Shown here piece by piece: positions 9,730 through 19,433 of a stretch of DNA of 63,172 nucleotides. A model generated the notes under the pieces. The model did no database searches. It worked only from the letters and a program-made list of their open reading frames with translations, and was not told the DNA's origin. The stretch is from Candidatus Hydrogenedentota bacterium (GTDB taxonomy: Bacteria; Hydrogenedentota; Hydrogenedentia; Hydrogenedentales; CAIZGN01): assembly GCA_903932505.1 (NCBI GenBank), contig CAIZGN010000056.1:1-63172 (forward strand), given 5' to 3'. Position numbers and translations under genes: made by a program. The stretch's first letter is position 1; each line of letters opens with the position of its first letter.

Positions 9730-11028
9730 TCACCACAAATCCATGATGGATAGGCTTTCCACCAAGGCCTCGGTATCGTTGATCATTACCCTCGCATCAG
9801 ACAAGCTCTCGCCGTCGAGACGGAATTCTCCGCCATCCCGCAACGTGTACGGGTCGGAACCCGCAATAAAGAAGATGTGATACGAACCTCGATCGAGGCG
9901 CATATCCTGTGTCTGTCCGGGCGCAACCTTGACGTCCTGTCCCCAGCGTCCACTACGCAGGCCCGCGAGCAGCACGGCCTCGCTGGTGTTCTCGAAACGC
10001 ACCCGGTACACGCCACGACGAAGGGAATGAGAATACGCCGGCAACTGGGCCCGGTGCAAGTGTTTGGTTTCCGAAATCCGGGTAATCCGGTTTCCATCGG
10101 GCGCTGTGTCGGTCTCTTTTTCGGCTGCTTTCCTGTCCGCACCGAGTACCACGACCTTGCGCGCAGGGGTGGATTGTGGCGGATTTTCGGGTTCTTCGGA
10201 GACTTGGGCGGGTGTGTTTTCCGCCGGGACCTCTAGGACTTCCGAAGTGGATTCCTCCGATGTGTTGTCATCGGATGCGGGTGCTGGTTTTTCGGCGGTC
10301 TGGATTGGGGCGGCCATGCCGGTGCCGGGCGTCTCCTCCAGACTGCCCGCCTGATACAGGCCCGATTTTCGTACGAGCCGGTCGTCCTCAAACCAGACTG
10401 TGCAGCGGTTTCCCTGCGCATCACGCCACCGATAAGCGGTGCCACCCTGCTCGTCCGAACCAACCAGTTCCCCGGCGAAGCCCAACAAGGCATTGGCGTC
10501 GGACAGCCGCATGCCTTCTTCCAGCGCTCCCACCGCAACCGGCGTAAGGATCTGCCCTTGCGGCTCGTCCTGTTTTTCCGGCGGAGGCGGGCCAAGCACG
10601 ACCTTGCGCATGAGTTTTCCGTTCTCAAAACGGGCGACGTGGGTGCGCCCCTCCGTGCGCCAGCGGCATACCAGCGACTCTCCCTCGCCCGAAGTCCGAC
10701 CCTGTGCGCCCATGGCGGCGACGGCATCCTCGTAGCCAATACCGAGCGGCAAGGTCTCAAAATCATCGGCGAGAATGACAGGAGAAGCCGACAAGGTCTT
10801 CTGGGTCGTTGCGGGAATCAGGGGGATGGTCTCGCCTTCTTGGGCGGATTCACCTTCATCAACAGCCCCTTCCTGCGACCCCGAAGCGGACGACAATTCT
10901 GTTTTTTCGACAGAAATCCCCGGATTTTGGGCGGGCACGGTCGTTTGCGTTGGCCCCGAGCAGGCGCTCAGGCCAAGAACCAGCAACCAAGCCACGGCGA
11001 GTGAATAGTTTCGTAAAGACCGCCACAT
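9730..11028 (-). CDS. putative lipoprotein with internally duplicated domain
   Basis: Start chosen at MWRSLRNYSLAVAWLLVLGLSACSGP, which has a lipobox LSAC. Two homologous segments: CRWRTEGRTHVARFENGKLMRKVVLG and YRWRDAQGNRCTVWFEDDRLVRKSGL. Acidic low-complexity linkers. Confidence 0.55.
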   Translation of the reverse strand: MWRSLRNYSLAVAWLLVLGLSACSGPTQTTVPAQNPGISVEKTELSSASGSQEGAVDEGESAQEGETIPLIPATTQKTLSASPVILADDFETLPLGIGYEDAVAAMGAQGRTSGEGESLVCRWRTEGRTHVARFENGKLMRKVVLGPPPPEKQDEPQGQILTPVAVGALEEGMRLSDANALLGFAGELVGSDEQGGTAYRWRDAQGNRCTVWFEDDRLVRKSGLYQAGSLEETPGTGMAAPIQTAEKPAPASDDNTSEESTSEVLEVPAENTPAQVSEEPENPPQSTPARKVVVLGADRKAAEKETDTAPDGNRITRISETKHLHRAQLPAYSHSLRRGVYRVRFENTSEAVLLAGLRSGRWGQDVKVAPGQTQDMRLDRGSYHIFFIAGSDPYTLRDGGEFRLDGESLSDARVMINDTEALVESLSIMDLW

Positions 11029-11239
11029 CGGAATGAATCCCTCTCCGCCTCCAGTATTCACCACCGGCGCGTCAAATTCAAGCCCGCGCGAAAACCCCGA
11101 CACTTGCATAGGGGTAATGGGCTGTCCAGGAAAGGTTACACCGGGGTGCCTAAGATCGCTGGAATCGGCAATGGAACACAAACGGCGTTTTGTGCTATCC
11201 TATATGGCCCGAAAAGTACTTTTCCGGTAGAGGATTATC

Positions 11240-11542
11240 ATGAGCAGAATTGGCAAAGCAGAGGTCGAGCATGTGGCGGGTCTTGCCCAGCTGGAGCTGG
11301 ACGAGGCGGCAAAGGAACGTCTGGTCCATGAAATGGGCGATATTCTCGCCTATATGGATCAGTTGAACGCCTTGGATACGACAAATGTCGAGCCGATGAT
11401 GCATGCCCTCGAGATGACGAACGTTTTCCGCGAAGACTGCGTGGGAGAATCCCTGCCGCGCGAGGAGGCGCTGCGCAATGCGCCCAATCACGACGAGGAG
11501 TACTTCATCGTGCCCAAGATTCTGGAAGGTGGTAACGCATGA
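11240..11542 (+). CDS. gatC: Asp-tRNA(Asn)/Glu-tRNA(Gln) amidotransferase subunit C
   Basis: 100 aa, with VEHVAGLAQLELDEAAKERLVHEMGDILAYMDQLNALDT typical of GatC. Its stop overlaps the gatA start (ATGA at 11539-11542). Confidence 0.9.
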   Translation: MSRIGKAEVEHVAGLAQLELDEAAKERLVHEMGDILAYMDQLNALDTTNVEPMMHALEMTNVFREDCVGESLPREEALRNAPNHDEEYFIVPKILEGGNA

Positions 11543-13008
11543 CCGCGCCGTGGTGTGACAAAACGGGACATGAAATCCGGGAAGCCGTGGTGCGCGGTGA
11601 TGTGACGGCGCGTGTGGTAACCGAGGCGCATCTGGCCCGCATCCATGCGCTGGACGGAAAAATCGACGCCTACACCCAGATCTGGGAGGAGTATGCGCTG
11701 GCGATGGCCGACCGGGTAGATGAAAAGCGCCGCAGTGGCGCGACCCTCGGCATACTGGCGGGCGTCCCGATCTCGCTCAAGGAATTGATGTGCACCAAGC
11801 AGGGCGAAACGACCTGTGCCTCGAAAATGCTGGCAGGTTATCGGAGCCCCTTCGACGGAACGATGGTGCAGCGATTGGCAGCAGCAGACGCGGTGTTTCT
11901 AGGCAAGGTCAACATGGACGAATTCGCCATGGGTTCCTCGACGGAGAACAGCGCCATCAAGACGACGAAAAACCCGTGGGACTTGGGTTGTGTGCCCGGC
12001 GGCTCGAGCGGTGGCTCGGCAGCGGCCGTGGCAGCGGATCTTTGTTCCATGTCCATGGGCAGCGATACCGGAGGATCGATCCGGCAACCGGCCGCCTTGT
12101 GCGGTTGTGTGGGTATCAAGCCGACCTACGGGCGCGTCTCGCGCTTTGGGCTGGTAGCTTTTGCCTCGTCGCTGGACCAGATTGGCCCACTGACAAAAGA
12201 CGTGCGGGATGCGGCCTTGTGTTTGAATGCGATTTGCGGCCGGGATCCGATGGACGCGACCTCCGTGGATTTGGCCGTGCCCGATTTTACAGCCGCCCTG
12301 ACGGGGAACGTGAAGGGGCTACGCATCGGTTTGCCCAAGGAATACTTCACGGATGCGCTGGGGGCCGAAGTGCGCGAAAAGGTGATGGCGGCGATCGAAG
12401 TATTGCGCGGTCTGGGCGCGGAAACGGTGGAGGTTTCCCTGCCGCACTGCGATTACGCGATCGCGGCATACTACATCATTTGCACGGCCGAGGCGAGCGC
12501 GAATCTTGCGCGATTCGACGGCGTGCGTTATGGTTTCCGCCATCCCGACGCGAAGGACATGCGCGGGATGTATGTAATGAGCAAGAGCGCGGGCTTCGGC
12601 CCGGAAGTGCGTCGGCGCATCCTGCTGGGAACTTATGTACTGTCCAGTGGCTACTACGACGCTTATTATTTGAAGGCGCAAAAAGTGCGACGCCTTATCA
12701 AGCAGGACTTTGACGAGGCTTTTGAAAAATGCGATGTGGTGCTCGGCCCGACGACGCCTTCACCGGCCTTTCGCTTCGGCGAAAAGACGGCGGATCCGCT
12801 GGAAATGTACCTCAGCGACATCTACACCATTTCGGTGAATCTGGCCACGCTGCCGGGCTTGTCGCTGCCGTGCGGATTGAGCAGCAGCGGACTGCCCATC
12901 GGCATGCAGCTTATTGCGAAGCCGTTCGCCGAGGAGACATTGCTCCGGACGGCACACGCCTATGAACAAAACCGTGGATTCGACATGGGCAAGCCGCCCA
13001 TTGCTTGA
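11539..13008 (+). CDS. gatA: Asp-tRNA(Asn)/Glu-tRNA(Gln) amidotransferase subunit A
   Basis: 489 aa. Amidase signature GGSSGGSAAAVAA and SMGSDTGGSIRQPAALCG. Sits between gatC and gatB. Confidence 0.95.
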   Translation: MTAPWCDKTGHEIREAVVRGDVTARVVTEAHLARIHALDGKIDAYTQIWEEYALAMADRVDEKRRSGATLGILAGVPISLKELMCTKQGETTCASKMLAGYRSPFDGTMVQRLAAADAVFLGKVNMDEFAMGSSTENSAIKTTKNPWDLGCVPGGSSGGSAAAVAADLCSMSMGSDTGGSIRQPAALCGCVGIKPTYGRVSRFGLVAFASSLDQIGPLTKDVRDAALCLNAICGRDPMDATSVDLAVPDFTAALTGNVKGLRIGLPKEYFTDALGAEVREKVMAAIEVLRGLGAETVEVSLPHCDYAIAAYYIICTAEASANLARFDGVRYGFRHPDAKDMRGMYVMSKSAGFGPEVRRRILLGTYVLSSGYYDAYYLKAQKVRRLIKQDFDEAFEKCDVVLGPTTPSPAFRFGEKTADPLEMYLSDIYTISVNLATLPGLSLPCGLSSSGLPIGMQLIAKPFAEETLLRTAHAYEQNRGFDMGKPPIA

Positions 13009-13018
13009 GGACGACAGG

Positions 13019-14449
13019 ATGGAATACGAGGCCGTCATCGGCATGGAAGTCCATGTCGAGATCAACAGCAAGTCGAAGGTGTTCTGCGCCTGCGGAACGG
13101 ACTTCCATGCGCCGCCCAACACCAACGTGTGCCCGGTTTGCCTGGGCATGCCCGGGACCCTGCCGGTGCTGAATGTCGACATGGTAAACAAGTCGGTGGC
13201 GGCGGGTCTGGCGCTGGGCTGCACCATCTCGCGATGGTCCAAGATGGACCGCAAGAATTATTTCTACCCGGATTTGGCGAAAAACTACCAAATCAGCCAG
13301 TACGATCTGCCCTTATGCCACGGCGGCTATATGGACATCGAAGTGAATGGCGTTGAGAAGCGCATCGGCATCACGCGCGCACATATCGAGGAAGACACCG
13401 CGCGCAACACGCACACCATTGGTGGCGGACAGAGTGGTGTCGATTTCAATCGTTGCGGTATGCCCCTGCTGGAGATTGTGACCGAGCCTGACATTCACAG
13501 CGCGGACGAAGCCTATGCGTATCTTACGCTGTTGAAACAGACGCTGCAATACCTCGAGGTAAGCGACTGCAACATGGAAGAGGGTTCACTGCGGGCCGAG
13601 GCGAACATCAGCGTGCGCCCGAAGGGGACGACCGCGCTCGGCTCGAAGACCGAAGTGAAGAATGTGGCCTCGTTCAGCGGGGTGCACAAGGCCATCGACT
13701 TCGAAATCAAGCGGCAGATCAACGTGATTCGCGAGGGTGGCGCGGTTTTGCAGGAAACGCGCGGCTGGGACGCGGATCGCGGCGTGACCTTCTCGCAGCG
13801 CCAAAAGGAATCCGCACACGACTATCGCTATTTCCCCGAGCCGGATCTCACCCCCATTGTGGTGGACGAAGCCTGGGAACAGCGCATTCGCGAGTCACTG
13901 CCCGAATTGCCGCAGGCCCGCTGCAAACGCTTCCAAACGACCTACGGTCTCTCGCCCTATGATGCGGGCGTGTTGACCGCCGGTCGTCCCATGGCGGATT
14001 ATTATGAATCGGTGATCACGGCGGGCGCGGATCCGAAGAAGGCGGCCAACTGGATCATGGTGGATCTGCAAGCCCTGTTGACCGACGCCAAACAGGAAAT
14101 CACGGATTGCAAGGTGGCCCCGGAACACATCGCCGAGTTACTCACGCTGATTGGCGACGGTGCCATCAGTGGGAAGATGGCCAAGGACATCCTGCGCGAC
14201 ATTTTTGAGACGGGCAAGACGCCGAAGGCCGTGGTCGAAGAAAAGGGGCTGGTGCAAATTAGCGACACGGGGGCAGTCGAAGCCATCGTGCGACAGGTGG
14301 CCGAGGGCCATCCTGCGCAGGTGGAACAATACAAGGGTGGCAACGAAAAAGTCCTGGGCTTTTTGATGGGACAGGTCATGCGGGCCTCGCAAGGGAAAGC
14401 AAATCCCAAGCTGGCCGAAGACCTGCTCCGTAAACTGCTCAACGGATAG
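13019..14449 (+). CDS. gatB: Asp-tRNA(Asn)/Glu-tRNA(Gln) amidotransferase subunit B
   Basis: Start at MEYEAVIGMEVHVEINSKSKVFC (ATG 13019, 10 nt after the gatA stop). Also NRCGMPLLEIVTEPD and a C-terminal GatB/YqeY-type tail (KVLGFLMGQVMRASQGKANPK). Confidence 0.95.
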   Translation: MEYEAVIGMEVHVEINSKSKVFCACGTDFHAPPNTNVCPVCLGMPGTLPVLNVDMVNKSVAAGLALGCTISRWSKMDRKNYFYPDLAKNYQISQYDLPLCHGGYMDIEVNGVEKRIGITRAHIEEDTARNTHTIGGGQSGVDFNRCGMPLLEIVTEPDIHSADEAYAYLTLLKQTLQYLEVSDCNMEEGSLRAEANISVRPKGTTALGSKTEVKNVASFSGVHKAIDFEIKRQINVIREGGAVLQETRGWDADRGVTFSQRQKESAHDYRYFPEPDLTPIVVDEAWEQRIRESLPELPQARCKRFQTTYGLSPYDAGVLTAGRPMADYYESVITAGADPKKAANWIMVDLQALLTDAKQEITDCKVAPEHIAELLTLIGDGAISGKMAKDILRDIFETGKTPKAVVEEKGLVQISDTGAVEAIVRQVAEGHPAQVEQYKGGNEKVLGFLMGQVMRASQGKANPKLAEDLLRKLLNG

Positions 14450-14459
14450 GAGAACGATA

Positions 14460-14855
14460 TTGGCGCTCGCAGTACGAAAAATAACGGTGGAACAGGATGA
14501 TATTTTCCTGATTCACACCCGGCGCATTGCCGACTTGGCCGCCAGCAAAAAGGCAGTCAATCTCGTCGCGGTTGATGTGCGGGGCTTGACCCTCATCGCG
14601 GATAGTTTTGTGATGTGCTCGGCGAACAGCGAACCCCAGCTCAAGGCCATTTTCAACACAGTGCACGATGGCATGAAGGAGGCGGGCCTGCGCCCGCTGC
14701 GCACCGAAGGCTCCTTTCAGGGTGGCTGGATGCTGATCGATTTTGGTTCGATTCTATTCCACGTCTTCCGTCAGACCGCGCGTGAGTTCTACGATCTGGA
14801 CGGATTGTGGGCGGATGCCAAGCCGATTCCTTTGGAACTGGATCTCGACACATAG
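14460..14855 (+). CDS. rsfS: ribosome silencing factor RsfS (iojap-like)
   Basis: 131 aa. KKAVNLVAVDVRGLTLIADSFVMCSANSEPQLKAI...GWMLIDFGSILFHVFRQTAREFYDLDGLW matches the RsfS/iojap family. Confidence 0.85.
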   Translation: MALAVRKITVEQDDIFLIHTRRIADLAASKKAVNLVAVDVRGLTLIADSFVMCSANSEPQLKAIFNTVHDGMKEAGLRPLRTEGSFQGGWMLIDFGSILFHVFRQTAREFYDLDGLWADAKPIPLELDLDT

Positions 14856-14866
14856 GGGTGTCTCTC

Positions 14867-15709
14867 ATGTCCCAGGATACACTGACTCCCGATCGTCCGA
14901 CCCTGTATCACTACAAACTCGACCAAATCCTCGGTGAAGGAGGTACGGGCCGGGTTTATCGCGGCATCGACACCATCAAGGGCGATGTGGCGGCCGTCAA
15001 GCTGTTCCACGAGAATTTTTTCCGCAACGCCCTGCATGTGCGCGATCTCGCGAAGTCTATCAAGCGCTCCAACAAGCTTTCCCACCCCAATGTGGTGGGG
15101 ATTTTCGAGTTCATCGACGGAAAAGACGGCCGCTGTATGAGCATGGAGTATGTGGACGGCCCTAATCTGAAGTGGTATATCCTGAATCGGCCATGGAACA
15201 TTCAGGAACGGCTTAACATCACCATTTCGATCTGTTCCGGTTTGCAGTATCTGCACGACAATGGATTTATGCACCACGATTTCAAGCCGTCGAACGTGTT
15301 GTTCACGCGGCGCGGCGTTCCCAAGGTCGCGGACTTTTCCCTGTACGGCAACAGTTACCTGCTGGAGTTGTTTGCGGGGGCGGTCGGAGAACAGATTACG
15401 CCGATGTTTGTCGCCCCGGAGTTCATCCGCAGGGAGAAAGCCACGCCGTCCGCCGACCAGTATTCGCTGGGGATCACCATGTACATGATGTTTGCCGACC
15501 GGGTTCCCTTTCCCGTCGACAGTATTCAGCGCCTCTACCAATGCCACCTGCACTACCTTCCTGATCATCCGAGCCAGGCAAATCCCAAATGCCCACGTGC
15601 CCTGGGCGATGTCATCATGAAGATGATTGCCAAGAAGACCTCGGATCGGTTTCGGGATTGCGACGAGATTCGCGCCATCCTGACCACGATGAATCAGAGC
15701 CGGATTTAA
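14867..15709 (+). CDS. stand-alone Ser/Thr protein kinase domain protein
   Basis: ATG at 14867, 11 nt after rsfS. Hanks-type motifs: LGEGGTGRVYRG (P-loop), AAVKLF (VAIK-like), HHDFKPSNVLF (catalytic loop), VADFS (DFG variant), FVAPEF (APE), DQYSLG. About 280 aa with no extra domains. Confidence 0.8.
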   Translation: MSQDTLTPDRPTLYHYKLDQILGEGGTGRVYRGIDTIKGDVAAVKLFHENFFRNALHVRDLAKSIKRSNKLSHPNVVGIFEFIDGKDGRCMSMEYVDGPNLKWYILNRPWNIQERLNITISICSGLQYLHDNGFMHHDFKPSNVLFTRRGVPKVADFSLYGNSYLLELFAGAVGEQITPMFVAPEFIRREKATPSADQYSLGITMYMMFADRVPFPVDSIQRLYQCHLHYLPDHPSQANPKCPRALGDVIMKMIAKKTSDRFRDCDEIRAILTTMNQSRI

Positions 15710-15728
15710 GGCCGCGCCCCAAGAATCG

Positions 15729-15757
15729 TTGACATCCCGACTGAATTCCAGTACATT
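15729..15757 (+). promoter_or_regulatory. possible sigma-70-type promoter upstream of the HEPN-SNF2 gene
   Basis: TTGACA (15729-15734), a 17-nt spacer, then TACATT (15752-15757), about 77 nt upstream of ATG 15834. Pattern match only. Confidence 0.3.
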
Positions 15758-15833
15758 GTGCGGAGTGCTGTAATAGACCTTGAGACGGGAAGATCAATGC
15801 CGTTCCATAGGGGAGCGGTCAGCGGGGAAGGCC

Positions 15834-18800
15834 ATGGAACTGGAAACTGGAACGAGGAAAGCGCAGGAATTGGTTGCGCCGCTACTAGGGGGAGTCACCT
15901 CTCATCTGGCCCGCTTTCTTAACCATGTCCTTCCGGCCATCGGGGACGATTGGTGGAAGAAGCTGGTCGTGGATCGTCTTTCGGTCAATCAGCAGCAGCG
16001 CCTGGCGCATCAGCCGGGCCCCTCACTAACAAGCCTCGATCTGGCCGCCTTACTGCGGGTTCTCGACCAGAACTGGTTTGAAATTACATCAAAGAATCAT
16101 CTTTCCGCCGAGGCCCGCCATTATGTGAAGGAGATGCAAACCATCCGCAATCGATGGGCGCATGCGGGCACGGATGGAGTTCCCGGCGAGGACGTTTACC
16201 GCGATCTGGATACACTTCAGCGTTTCGCTGCCGCAATTGGCGCGGACGAAGCGTTTCTTGAAGAGATACGCTTCGCAAAAAAGTCCATGCTGATTAGGGA
16301 ATCGCCCATGAGCATCCAAGTGAAGGAAGAGGCACCCCAAGATCCAGCCCCAAGGCTGGAGGGTGGCGCGGAATTCGCTCCAGGTCAGATGGTCATGTTG
16401 AAATCCAATCCCGCGATCCAGGGTGCCGTAATCGAAGTCCTTTTCTCCTCGCAAGAGAACCGCTTCAAGGTTTTCATGGGTGGGGGAATCCAGATCTACT
16501 ACGCTTCCCAACTTCAAGGGATTGTTCCGGCGGAGGAGAGGCAACCGGTAACTTGCGAACAATTTCATGCCCGCCTCACGGCGCTGCAAATTCTACATCC
16601 CGGCCTTTCCACGCTCTATTCGCTAAATACCGCCCGTGTCGATTTCATTCCCTATCAATTCCGGCCTGTGCTCAAGTTTATCCGTTCGGATCGCCCACGC
16701 CTGCTGATCGCCGATGGAGTCGGCGTGGGTAAGACCATCGAGGCAGGCCTTATCCTTCGAGAACTGCAGGCAAGGCGCGATCTTCGCTCCGTGCTCATTA
16801 TCTGCCCACGCCCCTTAATCACCGAGTCCAAGTGGCTCAATGAGATGAAGCGGTTCGAGGAACACTTTACCCATCTTGATGGCCCTGGTCTGAGGCATTG
16901 CATCAATGAAATGGATCTCGACGGGCAATGGCCGGAGCAGCACTCACGGGTAATCGTTCCATATTCCCTGTTTGATGAAACCCTTCTATATGGCCCTGAC
17001 CCGGGCAACAAACGGAAGCGCAAGAAGGGACTCCTAGCCCTGGATCCCCCTCCGCGCTTCGACTTGGTTATCGTGGATGAGGCGCACCACATTAGAAACC
17101 CGGAGACCTTCAGTCACAAGGCGGTTCGATTCTTTTGCGATCACGCCGAGGCCGTGCTCTTTCTCACGGCCACCCCCATACAACTTGGAGCAGACGACCT
17201 TTTTGTGCTGTTGAACACGCTGCGCCCGGATCTGATCATCGACAAGGCCAGCTTTGAGCACATGGCGGAGCCCAACCCATTCATCAATCAGGCTGCGGCG
17301 GCTGCCCGAGCCCAAGGGGATGGATGGGCGGGCCGAACATCGTCATACCTGAGCGAGGCCGCATCAACCGCATGGGGACAGGCAATTCTGAAACCAAACC
17401 CCGAATTCACCGATATGCAACGGCAGCTTTCAGAGGATGGTGGTATTTCTCCAGAGGAACGCATCAGGCTGATTGCCGATATTGAATCCTTACACACTTT
17501 TGCGGGAATCATCAACCGCACCCGGCGTCGGGACATTGGGGACTTCACCCTCCGTAAATCCCAAACCGTAACGGTGGAATTCACGAGTGCGCAAAGAGAA
17601 CTCCACGATGCGATCTTACAAGTTCAAGCGAAGATATTTCTGGCGATACATGGCGACAAAAACGTCAAATTCATGATGACCACCATCCGGCGGCAAGCCG
17701 CCAGTTGTTTGTTCGGACTTGCGCCATTTCTCCAAGAGATTCTAAGTCGGCACTTGGACGAACTGGCCTGGGAAGAGGCGGATGATTCAGCAACTGTCGC
17801 CGATGTGAAAGCTATCGACAAGATAGAAAGGGAGATTCAAGCCATTCTAAAAATGGCGGAAAACCTCGATCCTTTCGATCCGAAATTAGAAGCATTGCGG
17901 AAAATCATCCGGAACAAACAGAACCTTTCCAACAACAAGATCATGCTTTTCAGCAGCTTCCACCACACGCTTTACTATTTGCGTGACCAATTAGGGACCG
18001 GTGAATTCCGCATCGGCCTCATCCACGGCAAGACTCCGGACGAAGATCGCATGGATCTTAGGAGTCGCTTTGAAAGCCCGCGCGAAGAGGAAGACGCGCT
18101 TGATGTCCTGCTTTTCTCCGAAATCGGTTGTGAAGGCCTCGATTATCAATTTTGCGACTGCATCGTGAATTATGATCTGCCGTGGAACCCCATGCGGATC
18201 GAACAACGCATCGGTCGCATTGACCGAAACGGGCAGAGAAGCGAATCCGTGGCCATCTACAACCTGGTCACGCCTGGAACCGTCGACGCCAGCATTTACG
18301 AGCGGTGCCTGCTTCGTATCGGAATATTCGAGCATGCCATGGGCGATGCCGAGGAAATCCTCGGCAAAATCACCCGGGATATTCGCAATATCGCGGAAGA
18401 TCTCCAGCTTTCAGAAGAAGAACGCAACCACAAGCTCCAGCAATTGGCAGACAATGAAATTCGTTTAATCCAGGAACAGAACGCGCTGGAGGAAAAGCAA
18501 GTCGAACTGTTTGGCATTCGGGTACCACAGGATCATATGAAAAACGAAATTGAGGATGCGTCCAGTTTCTGGCTCTCGCCCACGGCCATCCAGCAACTCA
18601 TAAGCTTCTATCTCAAAGAAACCTGCGAAAAAGATCAAGACTTCATCCTCGGCGAGAAACCGCTCAAGACGCTTCGGCTTTCACAGGAAGCGCGGTCTGC
18701 CTTGCGCAATGATCTCCAGAAACTGTCCCGGCTGAAAAGCACCGTATATGGCGAATGGGACAGATGGCTGAAAGGCGGCGATCCCAATCTCTCCATCACC

Positions 18801-19433
18801 TTTGACGCCCAATGCGCGGCCCAGAATCCGAAGGCCGCCTTCATCACACCCATTCATCCTCTCGCCAAACAGGCGGCTGTGGCGTTGGGCCAGGAAAGGC
18901 CCGCAGCGGCTGCCTTCCAAGTGACTTCCGATGAGGCCCCTCCCGGCACCTACGAGTTTGCCATCTATCAGTGGCAGTTTCAGGGTATCCGTCAAGACGT
19001 GGTTCTGCAACCTGTGGTCAATTCACCGGAGATCACGCCTTTGCTCACTGACCTCCTGGCCAAGGCCGTCGAGACCGGTAGTTCCCGCAACTTTGATGTA
19101 CCTGCGACCGCATCGAGTGCGCTCGATGCTCAACACCACGTACTCTGGACTCAGGCACGTGAAGACCACGTCGAAAAAACGCGCCGGATGGCCCAGTACC
19201 GCAAGGAAAGCCTTAACACCAGCCACGCTGCAAGAGTGGCGTTGCTAAGAGAGCAAGCCGAACAATCCAAAGACGAAAAGATAAGGATAATGCGCCAAGC
19301 GCAAATGGCTTCTGCGGAAGCTGATTACGCTCGGCGCACGCAGGAATTGGATATAGCAGCAGAGCGGGCCGACATTATCGCGGAACCCGTGGCGTATGGG
19401 GTGCTTCAGATTCTTGAGGAGAATGCCGAATGA
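15834..19433 (+). CDS. Swt1-like HEPN domain fused to an SNF2-family (SF2) helicase with a long C-terminal extension
   Basis: Start at ATG 15834 (MELETG, GGGGAAGG upstream); the ORF opens at TTG 15780. HEPN-type Rx4H motif QTIRNRWAHAG (R codon at 16146), preceded by LLRVLDQNWF. Small beta-rich segment GQMVMLKSNPAIQGAVIEVLF...RFKVFMGGGIQIYYASQL, resembling the RapA N-terminal Tudor/SH3-like fold. SNF2 motifs: LLIADGVGVGKTIEAG (I, about 16722), DLVIVDEAHHIRN (II, about 17076), FLTATPIQ (III), LLFSEIGCEGLDYQFCDCIVNYDLPWNP (V), QRIGRIDRNGQ (VI, about 18204). The C-terminal extension is about 400 aa and ends in a coiled coil. Confidence 0.85.
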   Translation: MELETGTRKAQELVAPLLGGVTSHLARFLNHVLPAIGDDWWKKLVVDRLSVNQQQRLAHQPGPSLTSLDLAALLRVLDQNWFEITSKNHLSAEARHYVKEMQTIRNRWAHAGTDGVPGEDVYRDLDTLQRFAAAIGADEAFLEEIRFAKKSMLIRESPMSIQVKEEAPQDPAPRLEGGAEFAPGQMVMLKSNPAIQGAVIEVLFSSQENRFKVFMGGGIQIYYASQLQGIVPAEERQPVTCEQFHARLTALQILHPGLSTLYSLNTARVDFIPYQFRPVLKFIRSDRPRLLIADGVGVGKTIEAGLILRELQARRDLRSVLIICPRPLITESKWLNEMKRFEEHFTHLDGPGLRHCINEMDLDGQWPEQHSRVIVPYSLFDETLLYGPDPGNKRKRKKGLLALDPPPRFDLVIVDEAHHIRNPETFSHKAVRFFCDHAEAVLFLTATPIQLGADDLFVLLNTLRPDLIIDKASFEHMAEPNPFINQAAAAARAQGDGWAGRTSSYLSEAASTAWGQAILKPNPEFTDMQRQLSEDGGISPEERIRLIADIESLHTFAGIINRTRRRDIGDFTLRKSQTVTVEFTSAQRELHDAILQVQAKIFLAIHGDKNVKFMMTTIRRQAASCLFGLAPFLQEILSRHLDELAWEEADDSATVADVKAIDKIEREIQAILKMAENLDPFDPKLEALRKIIRNKQNLSNNKIMLFSSFHHTLYYLRDQLGTGEFRIGLIHGKTPDEDRMDLRSRFESPREEEDALDVLLFSEIGCEGLDYQFCDCIVNYDLPWNPMRIEQRIGRIDRNGQRSESVAIYNLVTPGTVDASIYERCLLRIGIFEHAMGDAEEILGKITRDIRNIAEDLQLSEEERNHKLQQLADNEIRLIQEQNALEEKQVELFGIRVPQDHMKNEIEDASSFWLSPTAIQQLISFYLKETCEKDQDFILGEKPLKTLRLSQEARSALRNDLQKLSRLKSTVYGEWDRWLKGGDPNLSITFDAQCAAQNPKAAFITPIHPLAKQAAVALGQERPAAAAFQVTSDEAPPGTYEFAIYQWQFQGIRQDVVLQPVVNSPEITPLLTDLLAKAVETGSSRNFDVPATASSALDAQHHVLWTQAREDHVEKTRRMAQYRKESLNTSHAARVALLREQAEQSKDEKIRIMRQAQMASAEADYARRTQELDIAAERADIIAEPVAYGVLQILEENAE

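Noticed and set aside
12914-13018. Upstream start for gatB (511-aa version)
   Set aside because: It would overlap gatA by 95 nt and add an R/S-rich non-conserved leader. The canonical GatB N-terminus MEYEAVIGMEVH begins at 13019.
18702-18709. TTGCGCAA palindrome inside the SNF2 gene as another activator site
   Set aside because: It lies deep inside coding sequence with no sigma-54 element nearby and is probably a chance occurrence. It is kept as a caveat for the UAS hypothesis.
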